A stretch of 64,000 bases of DNA, counting the filler, from Streblomastix strix (taxonomy: Eukaryota): the NCBI GenBank assembly GCA_008636045.1. It is 4 parts of 4 records of this genome, joined end to end, with 100 filler letters (N's around TTAATTAATTAA, not from the genome) between each part and the next. Parts side by side here need not be neighbours in the genome. Positions count along the whole stretch, not along the records: positions 16,137 to 32,156 come from SNRW01000884.1; positions 32,257 to 48,268 come from SNRW01000885.1; 2 more parts are not named here. The stretch is one strand, 5' to 3'. Below are positions 27,382 to 39,997 of the stretch, piece by piece. Position 1 is the first letter of the stretch, and the number at the start of each line of letters is the position of its first letter. Position numbers and translations under genes: made by a program. The notes under the pieces were generated by a model. That model did not search any database. It saw only the letters and a program-made list of their open reading frames with translations, and had not been told where the DNA came from.

Positions 27382-28451
27382 ATGGAACGTCTTTTAAATA
27401 AAACATCTCGACTTGCATTTACCACTCGTTAGTGCCGAGCAAACTTATTATTTAGCTTAACTATAGTTTCAATAATTATTGCACTCGTATTTGGATCGTT
27501 TGCCTTCGAATGGGATATTAAATACAGTGTAAGAATCAATGGAGCTAACCTTCTAAATAACAATAACGACACTCAACCTCCAAAGCTAAACAAGCTTGCT
27601 GAATCGATGAATTAGGACGAAGAATGGCCAAAACGCAAATTCTACGAGTACTATCTCTTCGCCACTGGCGTATTGCTCCTAGGCTCTATGGTATTTGGCT
27701 TTGCCACCTGCGTCAAGCGCGAAATGTCGCACATACGCCATGCCCTTCTGACTGTGTTTGTAGTCTTTTTCTTACTCTTCGGCGGAATCGGGGTCGTAAT
27801 TGCGCTGATTCTCGACGAGTACATTAGGCTGAAGAAGTTCATACAGTGGGTGGTCGTTACTGTGGCCTACTTCGTGTATTTCATAGTGAACATACTATGG
27901 ACAGTTAAATTGGTCAGGGACAAGAAGAGGAAGAGGAATAAGCTCATCATTTCAGGGATACTTTTCGTTAGTGAGGGATTGTTTAACTTTGTTGCATTTC
28001 TTTTAGTAACGCTTATTTACACTGGTTTGATTGCATACATATATATATTTATTATGTTTATTTGTAATTGTTCATATATTTTTTATATTTATTGTTTAAC
28101 TATTTTTTTTTTGCAGAAACAATTTCGTTGCCTTATTATGTATGTGGGCTGTTTAAAGTAGTGGCAGAGATATGTTAACGAATATACCAATTGATAGATG
28201 GAACGCTGATATATAATCTTGGTTAATATGTAGGCATCACTTCAATAATAGTTCCTGGGATAGCGTATATATTTGAGTTTATATTGATACCACTACGAGT
28301 TGATACAACAATCACAATTCACACGGCCATCTTGCTTATTCCGATCTATTTGTATTTGCTTTTCAACGTAATTCTCCTTTCAATGCACAGGAGATACACT
28401 TTCTCGGTTGAAAAAGTGATGCAAGAGGAAAATAACTAAAATACGGTGTGA
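27382..28451 (+). CDS. Multi-pass membrane protein, tandem paralogue A (one intron ~28025-28116)
   Basis: About 7-8 hydrophobic segments. Shares FEWD, FY.YY, E.LFNF..FL.V.LIYT and ILIPLR.D.TIT.HTAIL.IP.Y.YLL with paralogue B. Confidence 0.85.
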
Positions 28452-28864
28452 ATTGCAAAGAGGAAGTGAAAGTTAATGTTTTATTTTTGTTTGTTTCAAA
28501 ATTTAATTGGTGAATAAAGTTATAATTGAAAATATAAGTTATGCAACTGATTTTTTACATTTTTATTTATACCATAGATTTAACTTTTGTCAAATGTTTA
28601 ATCTTGTCGCGTTTTCATTAAAATAGCAAAAATTAGAATACATACATTATTGTCAAATCGCATATTATAAAAATGTTTCTTTTAATTGCATTATTACTTG
28701 TTAATTTTAATTAACTCGACGAATTCACTCGATTCTTTGAAATTTAAATGACATCTTAAAAATCCTGAACATCCACCTTAAATTTTGATAATTTTTATTC
28801 ATATTTTTTACAACGTCGATTTTATTCTTTTTCTTTCTAATTATTTTTTATCAGACATACTGAA

Positions 28865-29860
28865 ATGGAAGAGAATCTTGTTAAAACTGAAGATGTTGAT
28901 GATAGTTCGCACGTTTGTCGGTCCAACATCTTCATCATTATTGGCATGGCCTTAATGATAGTTGCTTACGTGTTTGCTGCGTTTAGCTTCGAATGGGATA
29001 CTGAGTTTGACATGCCAAAAAAAGGAGAACCTGCCGTAGAAAACAGAAGTTTTTATCAATACTACGTTTTCGCTGGATGTGTATTCATTGTATCCTTTAT
29101 CGTCATCACTCTTGAAATCTGCTGCCTATAGGATTTAGGAATGACCAGGCTAATAATTGGTATCGTCTTTGGCATAGTCTACGTAATTTTTGCCGCAATT
29201 ATGATAATCTTCACACTCATGCTGGATTACGTCATCCGAGTCAGCAAAACGGTCCTCTGGAGCATTGGCACTGCTTCATACGGATTAAGCCTCTTTTAGG
29301 GCATGTGGGGCCTGGCCACGTCGTGCTGCGGAGATAAAGACTCAAAAACGAGGTCTTTTTTTGTCGCTCTTTGTGTGTTTGGCGAAAATTTGTTCAATTT
29401 CCTGTGTTTCCTGTTTGTCGTACTCATTTACACTGGTATATATAATTATACTATTTATTTGCATGCATTAAACTAATTTACATACATATATATTATTACT
29501 CATTATATAAACACAGGCAACCTGAACATGCGATATATAATTCCTGGTGTGTTCAAACTAATAGCCGAGATTTTTGAGCGGATCAAACAGTTAGTTGAAG
29601 GGAAACTCATCCACAATCTCGGTGCATTTCTTGGCATACTGTGCATAGCCATACCTGGGGTGTGCTACATACTCATGGACATACTGATACCCCTGCGTGA
29701 GGACCGAACTATTACGACTCACACGGCGATTCTGGCAATACCACTGTATGTGTATCTGCTGTACAATATAGTTCTTCTCCTGTGGGCGAGCAAGTACACG
29801 TATAACTTCAAGCAGGCTATTCCTATAAAGAAAGGCATGACGGATTCTTCTGAAGTTTGA
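28865..29860 (+). CDS. Multi-pass membrane protein, tandem paralogue B (one intron ~29436-29517)
   Basis: Same motifs and same intron position (after LIYT) as 27382-28451. Ends TDSSEV*. Confidence 0.85.
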
Positions 29861-30154
29861 GTGACTGAATTGAATGAGTTTAAGAATCTAATCTGCACTA
29901 TGTATTGCAGATGGTAAAGTTTATCGGATTAGTTATTTTTATGTCAAACACTATAAGCAATTTTTATTATAAAATTATTTTATTTAACTCCAATAGCAAG
30001 AGGTTTTTTTAGATCTCATATCAGAATAGTAATTAAATTAGTGTTATTATAGACAAATAAACAATATGAAATGATTAAATACAAATATAGTACAAAATTT
30101 TGAATTGAATTGAAATGTTTGATTTATAATTAGATTAAATACTCTTGATTAAAA

Positions 30155-32156
30155 TCAACTATAATCATCCTCATCTTGTCCAAATAAAAATTAATTCTGA
30201 AGTCCAAATGGCAACTAATTCCTCATTTCTTCAGTAATGAAATCAGAACATTCAATCTAAAGTCCAGTTAACCCAGATAATGCTTAAACCCATTTCAGAC
30301 ATTCATCTTCAGTTTTAGCAATAAAAGCAACTTCTTCTGCTTCATACAATTCTGAATCTGATTCTTCGTCTTCCTATAATTACAATTATTGTTATTATTT
30401 CTTTGACTATTTTATCTTATTTATACTTTTGAATGTAATTGAGAATGATCTTTCTTCATCTTTCTATTATTATGTATTCAATTGAGGTGGATGATTGTAT
30501 TTATTTGATAGAGATGCTCTAACTGGAGTGATTGGAAGATTAGAAAAGGAAATTCTTTTATGTGAAGTTATCTGACTTTGTGAATAAAGTGAAATATTAT
30601 CATCATTATTATTATTTCTCTATTATTAATTAGGAGTTGATTATATTTATTATTATTATTATACTGCTGGTGATGTTTATCTTCTTTATCGATTTGGACG
30701 TATTGGAGTTTGTGAAGAAGATTAAGATTAACTTTATTAACTTTATTTAAATGCAGATGGATCAATTGTACCAGTTACCATAGCAGTTGAAACCGTTTCA
30801 TTCATCTTCTATATTCTTTATGGGGATATAATAGTTGTCATTCTAAGAGATGGCTATATGATTTAATTAGAAATTGAAGATATTACTGATTAATGTGTTT
30901 ATTTATAAGGTGATGATGTAAATATAATTGTTGACTAACTTCGAATATTCTGTTTCTGATTCTGATTATTAGTTGGTATTGTTGATCTAATTGGTGAATT
31001 TGATTAAGAAATAAATGTTTATTTTACAGGTGATTAAGATGATGATATTCTGAATTAGGATTCATTTAAATTATTAATATTTATATTATTGTTATTATTA
31101 TATGGTGTGGTAGCTTCATTGATTAATGAATAAGTTTCTTTATTATTTCTGTATCGAATGAATCTAATCATTTGTTCATCCTTCAATTTTCTTTCATAAT
31201 CCCATTATTATTTGAATAAATATGAATCTTATCCCAAAACTATCTTTATTGCTTCTGAAAGTAAGAAATGCTTATCTGGAAGTTTAGTTATTTAGTCTCC
31301 ATATTCAAATTATTGATTATTTTCTGTTCTTTGTGGACTGGATGTTAATAAAGATTATGATTGTGTTATAATCTGTAATTATTATTAATCTAAATCTTCA
31401 CTATTATTAATGTTATTATTATTTATTTTTCTAAATCCTTCTTCAATATCATCTGCTTGAGGAAGTTTAGTTTATGAGAATGAATCATTTATTTGTGGGA
31501 ACAAAATCTGAGGTTGTTTATTTGAATCTGACCAACATAAGAAAAGTTGTTCAGTAATTAATCTTGGTATTTAATTATATTGTTGAGTTAATTGGATTAT
31601 TTTATCTTTCATCCAAGTATGTTCATCAAGAAGTAGAGATTCATCTTATTGTATTTATTATTTGCAATTTTCAATATTCTTCATATTTTAGTCTAATTCT
31701 GTTATATTTTATTGTATTTTGATTATTTTCTATTATTTATTATGTAATTATTTTCTCAATGTATTTATTTCAGTTGTTTCATCAACTGAAACATTTTAAT
31801 CTAATTCTTCTTCATTTTATTCGTTTTCTCTTATTTTACTTTCCTATTCATATTCTTATTCATTATCAATATAAGAACCATCCAATTCCTAAAACTGATA
31901 TAATTATGACTATTTCAGATTAGTTTTCATTGTTTCTGGATTAATTGTAACAGATTTCTGCTATCTTTCATGGCTTCTCTTCATTATATCCGCTATTCTA
32001 CTCTGATCTTTGTTATATTTCCCTTTTTGTGCTGTTTCTATAATAAATATCCATCTTTTCTCTGCTTTTCCCTTTCGAGGGTATTTCATTACTTACATTG
32101 GCTGTTTTGTGTATTGCAATAAGTTCTGCACATTTTGAAGGTGTTTTCCGTATAAA
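30155..32156 (-). CDS. Q/S/N-rich protein with a split PH-like domain, 5'-truncated by the contig end
   Basis: MKYPRKGKAEKRWIFI, LFLCWSD, FLLSEAIKIVLGQDS and VAFIAKTEDECLKWVQALSGL occur in PH-domain order, separated by low-complexity inserts. TGA at 30155. Confidence 0.7.
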
Positions 32157-32256
32157 NNNNNNNNNNNNNNNNNNNNNNNNNNNNNNNNNNNNNNNNNNNN
32201 TTAATTAATTAANNNNNNNNNNNNNNNNNNNNNNNNNNNNNNNNNNNNNNNNNNNN
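32157..32256. other. Artificial contig-joining linker
   Basis: N44-TTAATTAATTAA-N44. Confidence 0.98.
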
Positions 32257-35200
32257 ACGTTAAGAATTAACTAAGACATTTATTACTACGATAACGAACA
32301 TAAGAATTATTATAGAGGGCTGTAGATATTGTATTAATATAAAGATTAAAATGAAAAATAAGATGTCAAAACAATCGATATATTAGTTGTTGAATCTATT
32401 TATGAAGGAAAGAAGATTTCTCATGTATTTGCAATAGCTAATAAACAAGCATTGACGGGATTGAAATTTTGTCCAAATTGTAACTCAAAAGCGTTTGATC
32501 CTAAAGATAAAAATTACTCAAGAGACTATGAGAAACACACTATAAAATGCGAAAATAACGAAGGAAAAATAGTTAAGAAAGCTAGTTTAGAATATATCTA
32601 AAAGCCATTTGTTCCACACATTATGCAAAATATAACTTATCAATATCTATTAGCAAAAGGAAGATAATATGAATTTAAACCTACACAATACTTCATCACA
32701 TACGATCTTGAAACAGTTCCTAAAATCGTTAAAAAAAGTTCAGTAAATCAAGCTGTTAAATGTATGAACAATTACCTTTATCAGTAGCATCAAATATCTG
32801 TATCAAATAAAGAATTAAGAAAATCTTCTTTAACTAATAAGATGGAGATGAATTTATAGTCTAATGGTTAAATTAATTGTTTAAAGAAGCTGATTAAGTT
32901 AATGCTGACAACTAGTGTATAACAGAAGCTTGCACCATTGATGAATCAATTCCTTATTCAATGGAAGTACCAATAGTAGGATTCAATAGCTCAAGATTTG
33001 ATATATCATTAATAATATCATAAATGTAATGTAAAGATTGGACAATCAGTAATTATATAGATAGTCCTTCATAAGCAAAGCAAGTAATTGAGCATCATAA
33101 AAAATTGAATATGAAAGTGAAATTTGTTGACATGTTAACGAATCTATAACCTATGGAATTAAAGTAAGCAGCTAAAGATTTTGGTGATGGATATGATGAT
33201 AGAAAAGGCTTATTTCCCTATGACTCTTTCAATACTGATAATGTAAATGAAGTATTAAGTAAATCAGAGTCATTTATAATGGAAGATTTCAACTCATCAT
33301 TGATGAAGACAAAAATTAGTTAGAAAGATTATTAAATTTATCTAGAAGATGCAAAACGATTTAAAAATAGATGGGACTATTTACAACACTATAACGAATA
33401 AGATACTAATATAGTGATTAAACCGTTAATGACTCTAATTAGCTTACAATTTAAATATAAAATTGATATGTTTAGTTTCATGAGTATGGCTGCATGCTCT
33501 AGTGCTATCAAATATGCTAAAGCATATGAGGATTTTGACATTAATGGAGTATATCCTAATTTTGAAGATTTGTCATAGAAATTTTACTTAACAGAGAACT
33601 ATTGGTTGAGTAAAGTGCGGGGATATCAAGTCTAAGATAAACATTAAAGAAGAGACACAACAAATAACGTATAAGATAAGGATTTCGATTATTTCAAACA
33701 ATTATTCAAAGATACCAATTGCAGCATTTGCAGATGTAAATTCACTTTTGCCAATAAACCAACTCTTGACAGAATCTACAATTTAAAAGGTCATTCAAAA
33801 GATAATATTCAACCTTGTTGTTTATATTGCAATTGCTTTTATTCAATCAAAGATAAAAATATAGGTAAATTGTTCATATAATTACGTAAATATTGTATGA
33901 TAAGATGTTTACCAACTAACCTAACAGATATTAATGTATATCATTTAATCAGGTCAGGAATAACAGGTGGATTATCAAATGTAATGCATCGAACTAATAG
34001 ATCAGGAATTGATTTTATTAAACGATTATATTATAACAAGGAAGCAAAAAAAGTTACTGTTCTTACAACGGATCATCGAATAACGCATGTAGTCGGTATT
34101 GATTTTAATTCTTTATATCCTAGTGTTATGTCATCAGAGCCACATAAATTTATTAAGTATACAGGAGGTAAAATGTATATGTGCGAATCATAAACAGGAA
34201 AGATTAAGGGTAATAGTGAACATTCAAAATAAACTATACTATGAATAATTAATAGCAATAAGCGATTTACATAAGACGGAAGATTATTCATTGCTGAAGT
34301 TAAAAGTCATATTGATGAGAATTACATAAACGATTTCATTGACTTTCCACCTATTCTAAGAAATATTGAATTCACAACTGATGAAAGAACTATCGGTTCA
34401 TAAATGTATAAACATATGAAGTACAATACGATTAAGACTGATCAAAAATAAAGAAAGCTAACTAATCTATCTTCAACGATGGGAGAATATATGGCATTAA
34501 GCTCATACTATTTATGGTTCTTAATTGATGATTGTCATTTTATTAAAAATGATGTGAAATAGATAGTGCTATTCAATAAACATGACTAATTCAGTTCATT
34601 TATTAAGGAATCTACTAAAAACAGAATTGAAGCAAAATTAGATGAGAATAAGTGATAAGAATAATTCTTTAAGATTGTTATGAATAGCTCATATGGTAGT
34701 GATGGAAGGAATACAGAGAAATATCATAAAGTTAAAATAATGAATAGTAAGTAAACAGAAAGAGCAATTAGATCTAATGCATTCATGAACGAATAAAAGA
34801 TATCTGAAGATAGTTATATTGTTTAAATGAATCCTGAGCATTGCAGTTGTAAAACTCCTTTATAAGTAGCTTTCTTTGTATTAGATAATGCAAAATATTG
34901 GTATCTAAACTTTATATATAACTTCACGTACAAATGCTTAGATATTAATCGTATTCATTTTATTGAAGGAGATATTGATTCAGCTTATTGGACTATTAGT
35001 GGTAATCCTAATGAAGATTTTACTTAGTAATTTAATGCTGTAGTTAACACTAGAGATTTTTATAATGAGAATGCAAAGTACTTCTTCCCTATGATTAGAG
35101 GAAACGTATATGATGAGAAGAAAATCCTAGGATTAGCAATCGAACGACAAGGACCATCAATGATAGCATTAGCTCCCAAAAATTATATCATATTCAAGAA

Positions 35201-35498
35201 TTATTGTGATGATTCAAAAATATAATTAAAAGGGGTAAATTAAAAAACTAACAAAATCACTAAAGACTAGATAGTCGATTGCATTAATGAAAGTAAGATA
35301 ACGAAATGCGACAACCTAAGGCTTGGCTAGAAGAATCATTAGATGAGTTAATTAGCAATAGAAAAAAATGGAATAACTGGAATTCACACAAAAATGATAG
35401 TGCTTGAGAATCAATCATGCTGTCCATTTATGTATGGATTAGTTGCTAAGGATTAGTTTTTTACCAAAAATGCCATCTCCGATGACTCATTCAATTGA
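32257..35498 (+). pseudogene. Protein-primed family B DNA polymerase (Polinton type), 5'-truncated and disrupted
   Basis: Exo I YDLET, Exo II GFNSSRFD, KGLFPYD, Exo III YNEQD, motif A DFNSLYPS, motif B KIVMNSSYG, motif C EGDIDS (DTDS expected), LAPKNY, KGV. Frameshift ~32740 and in-frame TGA at 34242 and 34653. Confidence 0.95.
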
Positions 35499-35546
35499 TT
35501 AGCAGAGCTTAGTGAAACTTAAACCTATGGTTTCAAACCTATGGTT

Positions 35547-36564
35547 TCATTTATTTTTGAGAATCTCAAATTTCCTGAGCCATTTGTTTAGAATGATAAA
35601 CTCATATTTCTTTAATGTATTGTATAATAATTGGAATTCATCAAAACCTAAATTTTATATAGTAATTTCATCATACACTTATCTTTGATCAGTTTCTCCA
35701 AGATTAACGCCTAAGCAAATGACATGTGTTAGTATCCTTGCAGTTTTGAACAAATAAATTGGACGTTAAGCTATAAAGAAAATAGTATTTTTACTATGTC
35801 TCGAATCATTAATGAGATGCGTAATTGTTTTAGATAGTTATGAACTGAATCATTAGATATCTGCATTAGAGCCAATGTCATCGAATAGCATTAACGTATT
35901 GAGTAATTGAGCTTTTTCTAATATAAGTATTTTCATTATTTTTTACATCAACCTAATCTTGATCGACTATTTTGAATTTCTTTTAGCAACGAACATTTTG
36001 AATTAGCGCAGGGATATCGAATCTCAATATCTTGGTTGGTTCACAATATATATTAATGGTTTCGATTACTTTTAATTTGAATAGTTCAGCAATTTTATTA
36101 AGATAATCATTAGGTTTTTCATTCATTTTAGTCTCATTAGCTTATAATATCTATTCTTCCATTCGCTTAATGAAATCGCTAGCATAAGATTATTTTTGTT
36201 CATTCATTTTGTACCATGTATACATCTCTTTAGTGGAAAATTTTATGTCATCAAATTCAGGTAGAAATATCATTGCTTCTCCATAAGTTACATTCGTTAG
36301 TTATATATTCTTACTATTAAGGTTTAATGCCATAGTTTCATCTGCACAATAATTCGAGAAGTATAATATGAATGGATCAATGATTTTCTTATATACTACA
36401 ACTAGCTTGCACATTAATGTTGTTTTACCATATCCAACAGCTCCAACAATATAATGGTTTCCATTAATAAGGAACAATGAATTCTTCGTTAATGGCTTAG
36501 GTTTATATTCATTCAATAGATCTTGATTAGTAAATGTTATATCTTATAATTCTTGTAGTGACAT
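35547..36564 (-). pseudogene. A32-like DNA-packaging ATPase
   Basis: Walker A GAVGYGKTT, Walker B LMLFDD, SRH arginine finger, FFIAQ (Q encoded by TAA). Frameshift ~36210 and TGA at 35850-35852. Confidence 0.9.
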
Positions 36565-36580
36565 TTTCAAAAATAATAAA

Positions 36581-36949
36581 ATGAATATACTATCTTTAAT
36601 CATGGGAATAATGAATTACATGTTCTATGGCGTTAATTTTATAACATCAGTTATATCTGTGTAAATTCCTGATAAATTAATGGTTATAGTTAATGTAATA
36701 AAAACATTATGGAGTTATTTTGATATAGTATTGGTTCCATTAAATTTAACGATTTACATTATATAATTCTTTTACAAAAGAAAAATGGATAAAAATTAGT
36801 CTCGCATTCATTGGTCATAGCTATCAGTAGAATAAATTGAAGCATTTCTGAACGAAGCAATATCAAATAAAGATTTGGAGTTGACAACTCATTGGAGATA
36901 TATCTTGTATCTTAAAATGTTAAATTAGCCATAAAAATAATTTGTTTGA
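36581..36949 (+). CDS. 122-aa viral protein with a hydrophobic N-terminal half
   Basis: Intact in code 6. Homologue at 4806-5180 next to the other ATPase. Confidence 0.75.
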
Positions 36950-36959
36950 AAAATAATAA

Positions 36960-37208
36960 ATGGATGAGATATATAATTTAGCTGCAAATATTGGTTTAAA
37001 GTATTATGCAACAGATTATGAGATTTTCAAAATATTTGAAGCGCTAATCGAGACAAATGATTTAGATTAATAGGAAAAATAATTGTATGAAGAATTCAAA
37101 TAACATTACTATTTTATAGAACAAATCCAAGATTAAATTGAAGAGATAATCAAATATATCTAATACATCAACAATCTTATTATTTTAAATTAAGCAAGTA
37201 GTAATTGA
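36960..37208 (+). CDS. 82-aa hypothetical viral protein
   Basis: ATG to TGA open in code 6 (MDEIYNLAANIGLKYYATD...), starting 10 bp after the previous stop. Confidence 0.55.
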
Positions 37209-37626
37209 CAAAGTTACTGTATTACTCCTCATTCACAAATTAATTATAAATCTATTTTTCTTCTTCACTGGCTTCAGAGATAATGTACTTCTTTATTTGT
37301 TATGGTTAATTGTTTAGATCTAATGATTTTTTTATTAATAGGTATTTATTTTTGATGTACTTATCCTATTCATTAAATAACTTATTTTTATAATCTTCTT
37401 CATCTACCATTTTCTTTATATTTTATAATTATTGCTATTGATTAGTGAACATTTTATAGATTCTCATTAATTCTTAGAGTAATGGATGGATTGATTCTTT
37501 TACATCATTCTTTAACAAATTTTATGGTGCTTCAATTGTAACTTTAATTGTATCGATATCATTAAAGTATTATTTAACTAATTCATTGAATAATTGTTTG
37601 ATTGGCTAAGCTTATTGTTTATCCAT
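37168..37626 (-). CDS. 152-aa coiled-coil hypothetical viral protein
   Basis: Open in code 6 (MDKQQAQPIKQLFNELVKQYFND...). Its 3' end overlaps the convergent ORF. Confidence 0.6.
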
Positions 37627-37654
37627 TTTTATAAAAATAAATTACAGTCATTGA

Positions 37655-39907
37655 TCATGGAGGAACTGATCCTAATGTTAATGGATGAGCTCTCCAGAAT
37701 ACGTTATTTCCATTGCTATAAAATCCACCTATTGGATCTGTACTATTTACACCCCATAAGATTGGATTGCCTGCAGAATAATTAACCGATCCGTTAGTTG
37801 CTCCATTTGTTGCTCCAGTTCCTGCTATAACAGATCCATTAAAAGTTAATGTATTTCCATCAGCTGATATCATTAGCCCTTGATTTTCATAAAGAAGTTA
37901 ATCACCAACTCCAATCCTTAAACTACCAGCATTTGTAGTTACTATACTCCACTAATCTGTTATTGTTCCAGTTGCTTAATTTGGATCACACCCGAGATAT
38001 ATTCCACTATAATCACTAATGGTAGATCGTGATATTCTTATTCCTTCATTAAAATTATTAACAGTTGGATTAATTTATATTGCATCACATTTGACACCAG
38101 CAAATGTTTTTTTACCTGTAATCGTTTAATCAGTTCCAACATTAACTAACTCATTACCATTAAATTTTAATTATGTACAATCTCCATTAATACTTAAACC
38201 AACACTATGATCAGTTTATCGTAGAGATGATAGGTTAATTGTCAATGCCCTATCACTTGTCTTACTTATCTCCCATTAACCAGTTTGTGTTGTTTTTATA
38301 GCTGTAGTTGACCATCCTAAATATAATGATGAGTATTAAGTGTAATAGTTTCCAATTCTAATACCATTATTATACGTAGCATATGTTCTACCTATTGGAT
38401 TAACTTATAACATATTATTAATTATTCCACCATTAGCTAAATCATAAGTAATTGGTATTTAGGTTCCATTTGCCACTCCTTAAACTACATCTTATGTTAA
38501 TATCTCTGTGATTCTATTGGTATAATAAGTGCATTAATCAGATACAACTATCGTAACTGTACCAGCTGATTCTAATCTAACATATGCTGAATAAATAGCT
38601 GATGTACCAGATCCAGAATGATTATGAAATAATTAATTTACACCTTATTCAATATCATAATATGAACTAACCTTAACTGCAGCAGTAAATATACCATAAA
38701 CAGTATTGATTCCGTTAACGGTATAATAAAGCACTAATCTAATGGTTCGAACAGCATTATACGATGAATATACTTTAAATTCAATGAATGGACTACCAAC
38801 ACTAGCACCTGCAGGAAATACACATAATCTAATCCATCCACCAGCGCTACCGTTGTAAGTTCTAGAAATTTTACTATCTATTGTAGTTGTATCAACTTTG
38901 GCACATAGTATTTCTGTTGCTAATCCACCTGCTTTAATGAACTTAGTTGCTGTAACGTTTCCATCATAAGTTAATTGCTATGAATGAACGTTATCTTGTC
39001 TAGCGTAAAAAGCTGATGTTCCAATAGCACCAACACCATTAACGATTGGAATATTTGAAGCATTAGTTTCTACATTAATTGGATGTGAATGATCGTTTCT
39101 AGCATAATAATTAGTTGTACCAACTTATCCATCTGCACTATCTTGTGGCGGGGTGGTAGTAGTTATATTAATTGGATGTGAATGATCGTTTCTAGCATAA
39201 TAATTAGCTGTATCAACTGATCCACTAGCAGTATCTTATGTTGGAATAGTTGATGTTATATTTAATGGATGAACATGATCTACACGTGAATATTCTGTGC
39301 TATTTCCCGCGTTTGCCCTACCATCAGATAATGGCGTTGCATCACTAGCTGGTGTAACTTAATCAAGAACTATATCTCCACTATTATACCAATTTTAATC
39401 ATACATCCATACTGTCCCACTTTCAGCACTAAATGCAAAATCACCATTAGCGGAATTAGGCAAATTTTATACATCTGTATTCAATAAATAATATCCTCTG
39501 AAATGTATTTATCTTGATAATTCTTGATTAATAGTATAAATATCATTTTTTATATCAGTGATATCTTATTCAGTTGTTCCGATTGATTATTATAATAGAT
39601 TCACTTAATTAATCAACAAATTAATCTAAGCGACAAAATCAAAATTAATCACTTTCAAATTCTTTATAGTTAATAGACCATTTGGTTCTATTTTTAATGC
39701 AAAATCTGAAGCCATTCCATCAACGATTTAATTATTTGCGGCGTAGACTAATGCATTGTTATTATCTATGAATAATTAATACTCTTCATTTGACATCATT
39801 CCACCACTAGAGTTACCTCGTTTCTAATATTGAATGTAGTAAGCTATATCGTTAGTAGTGAGCTATCTAACTGTACGGATTTATTATTATGATAGTGAAT
39901 TGTTCAT
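37655..39907 (-). CDS. 750-aa virion fibre/spike-like protein with phage tail-fibre repeats
   Basis: 751 codons without TGA. N-terminal coiled coil, four G..(G)....Y(A/S)R.D(H/N).H(P/S) repeats, TATKFIKAGG motif, VNVGTDQTITGKKTF motif, repeated G/N/T/S-rich beta modules. Confidence 0.8.
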
Positions 39908-39997
39908 ATTTTTACAAAAATAATAATCGTAGATTTGCCTTTTAGGCTAAGACTCAAAGAGTACTCTTATACTCAAAGAGTTTAAATTATGACAAGA

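Noticed and set aside
39080..39215. Direct repeat AATTGGATGTGAATGATCGTTTCTAGCATAATAATTAG as a non-coding or CRISPR repeat
   Set aside because: It is the coding duplication of the NYYARNDHSHPI fibre repeat, 90 bp apart and in frame.
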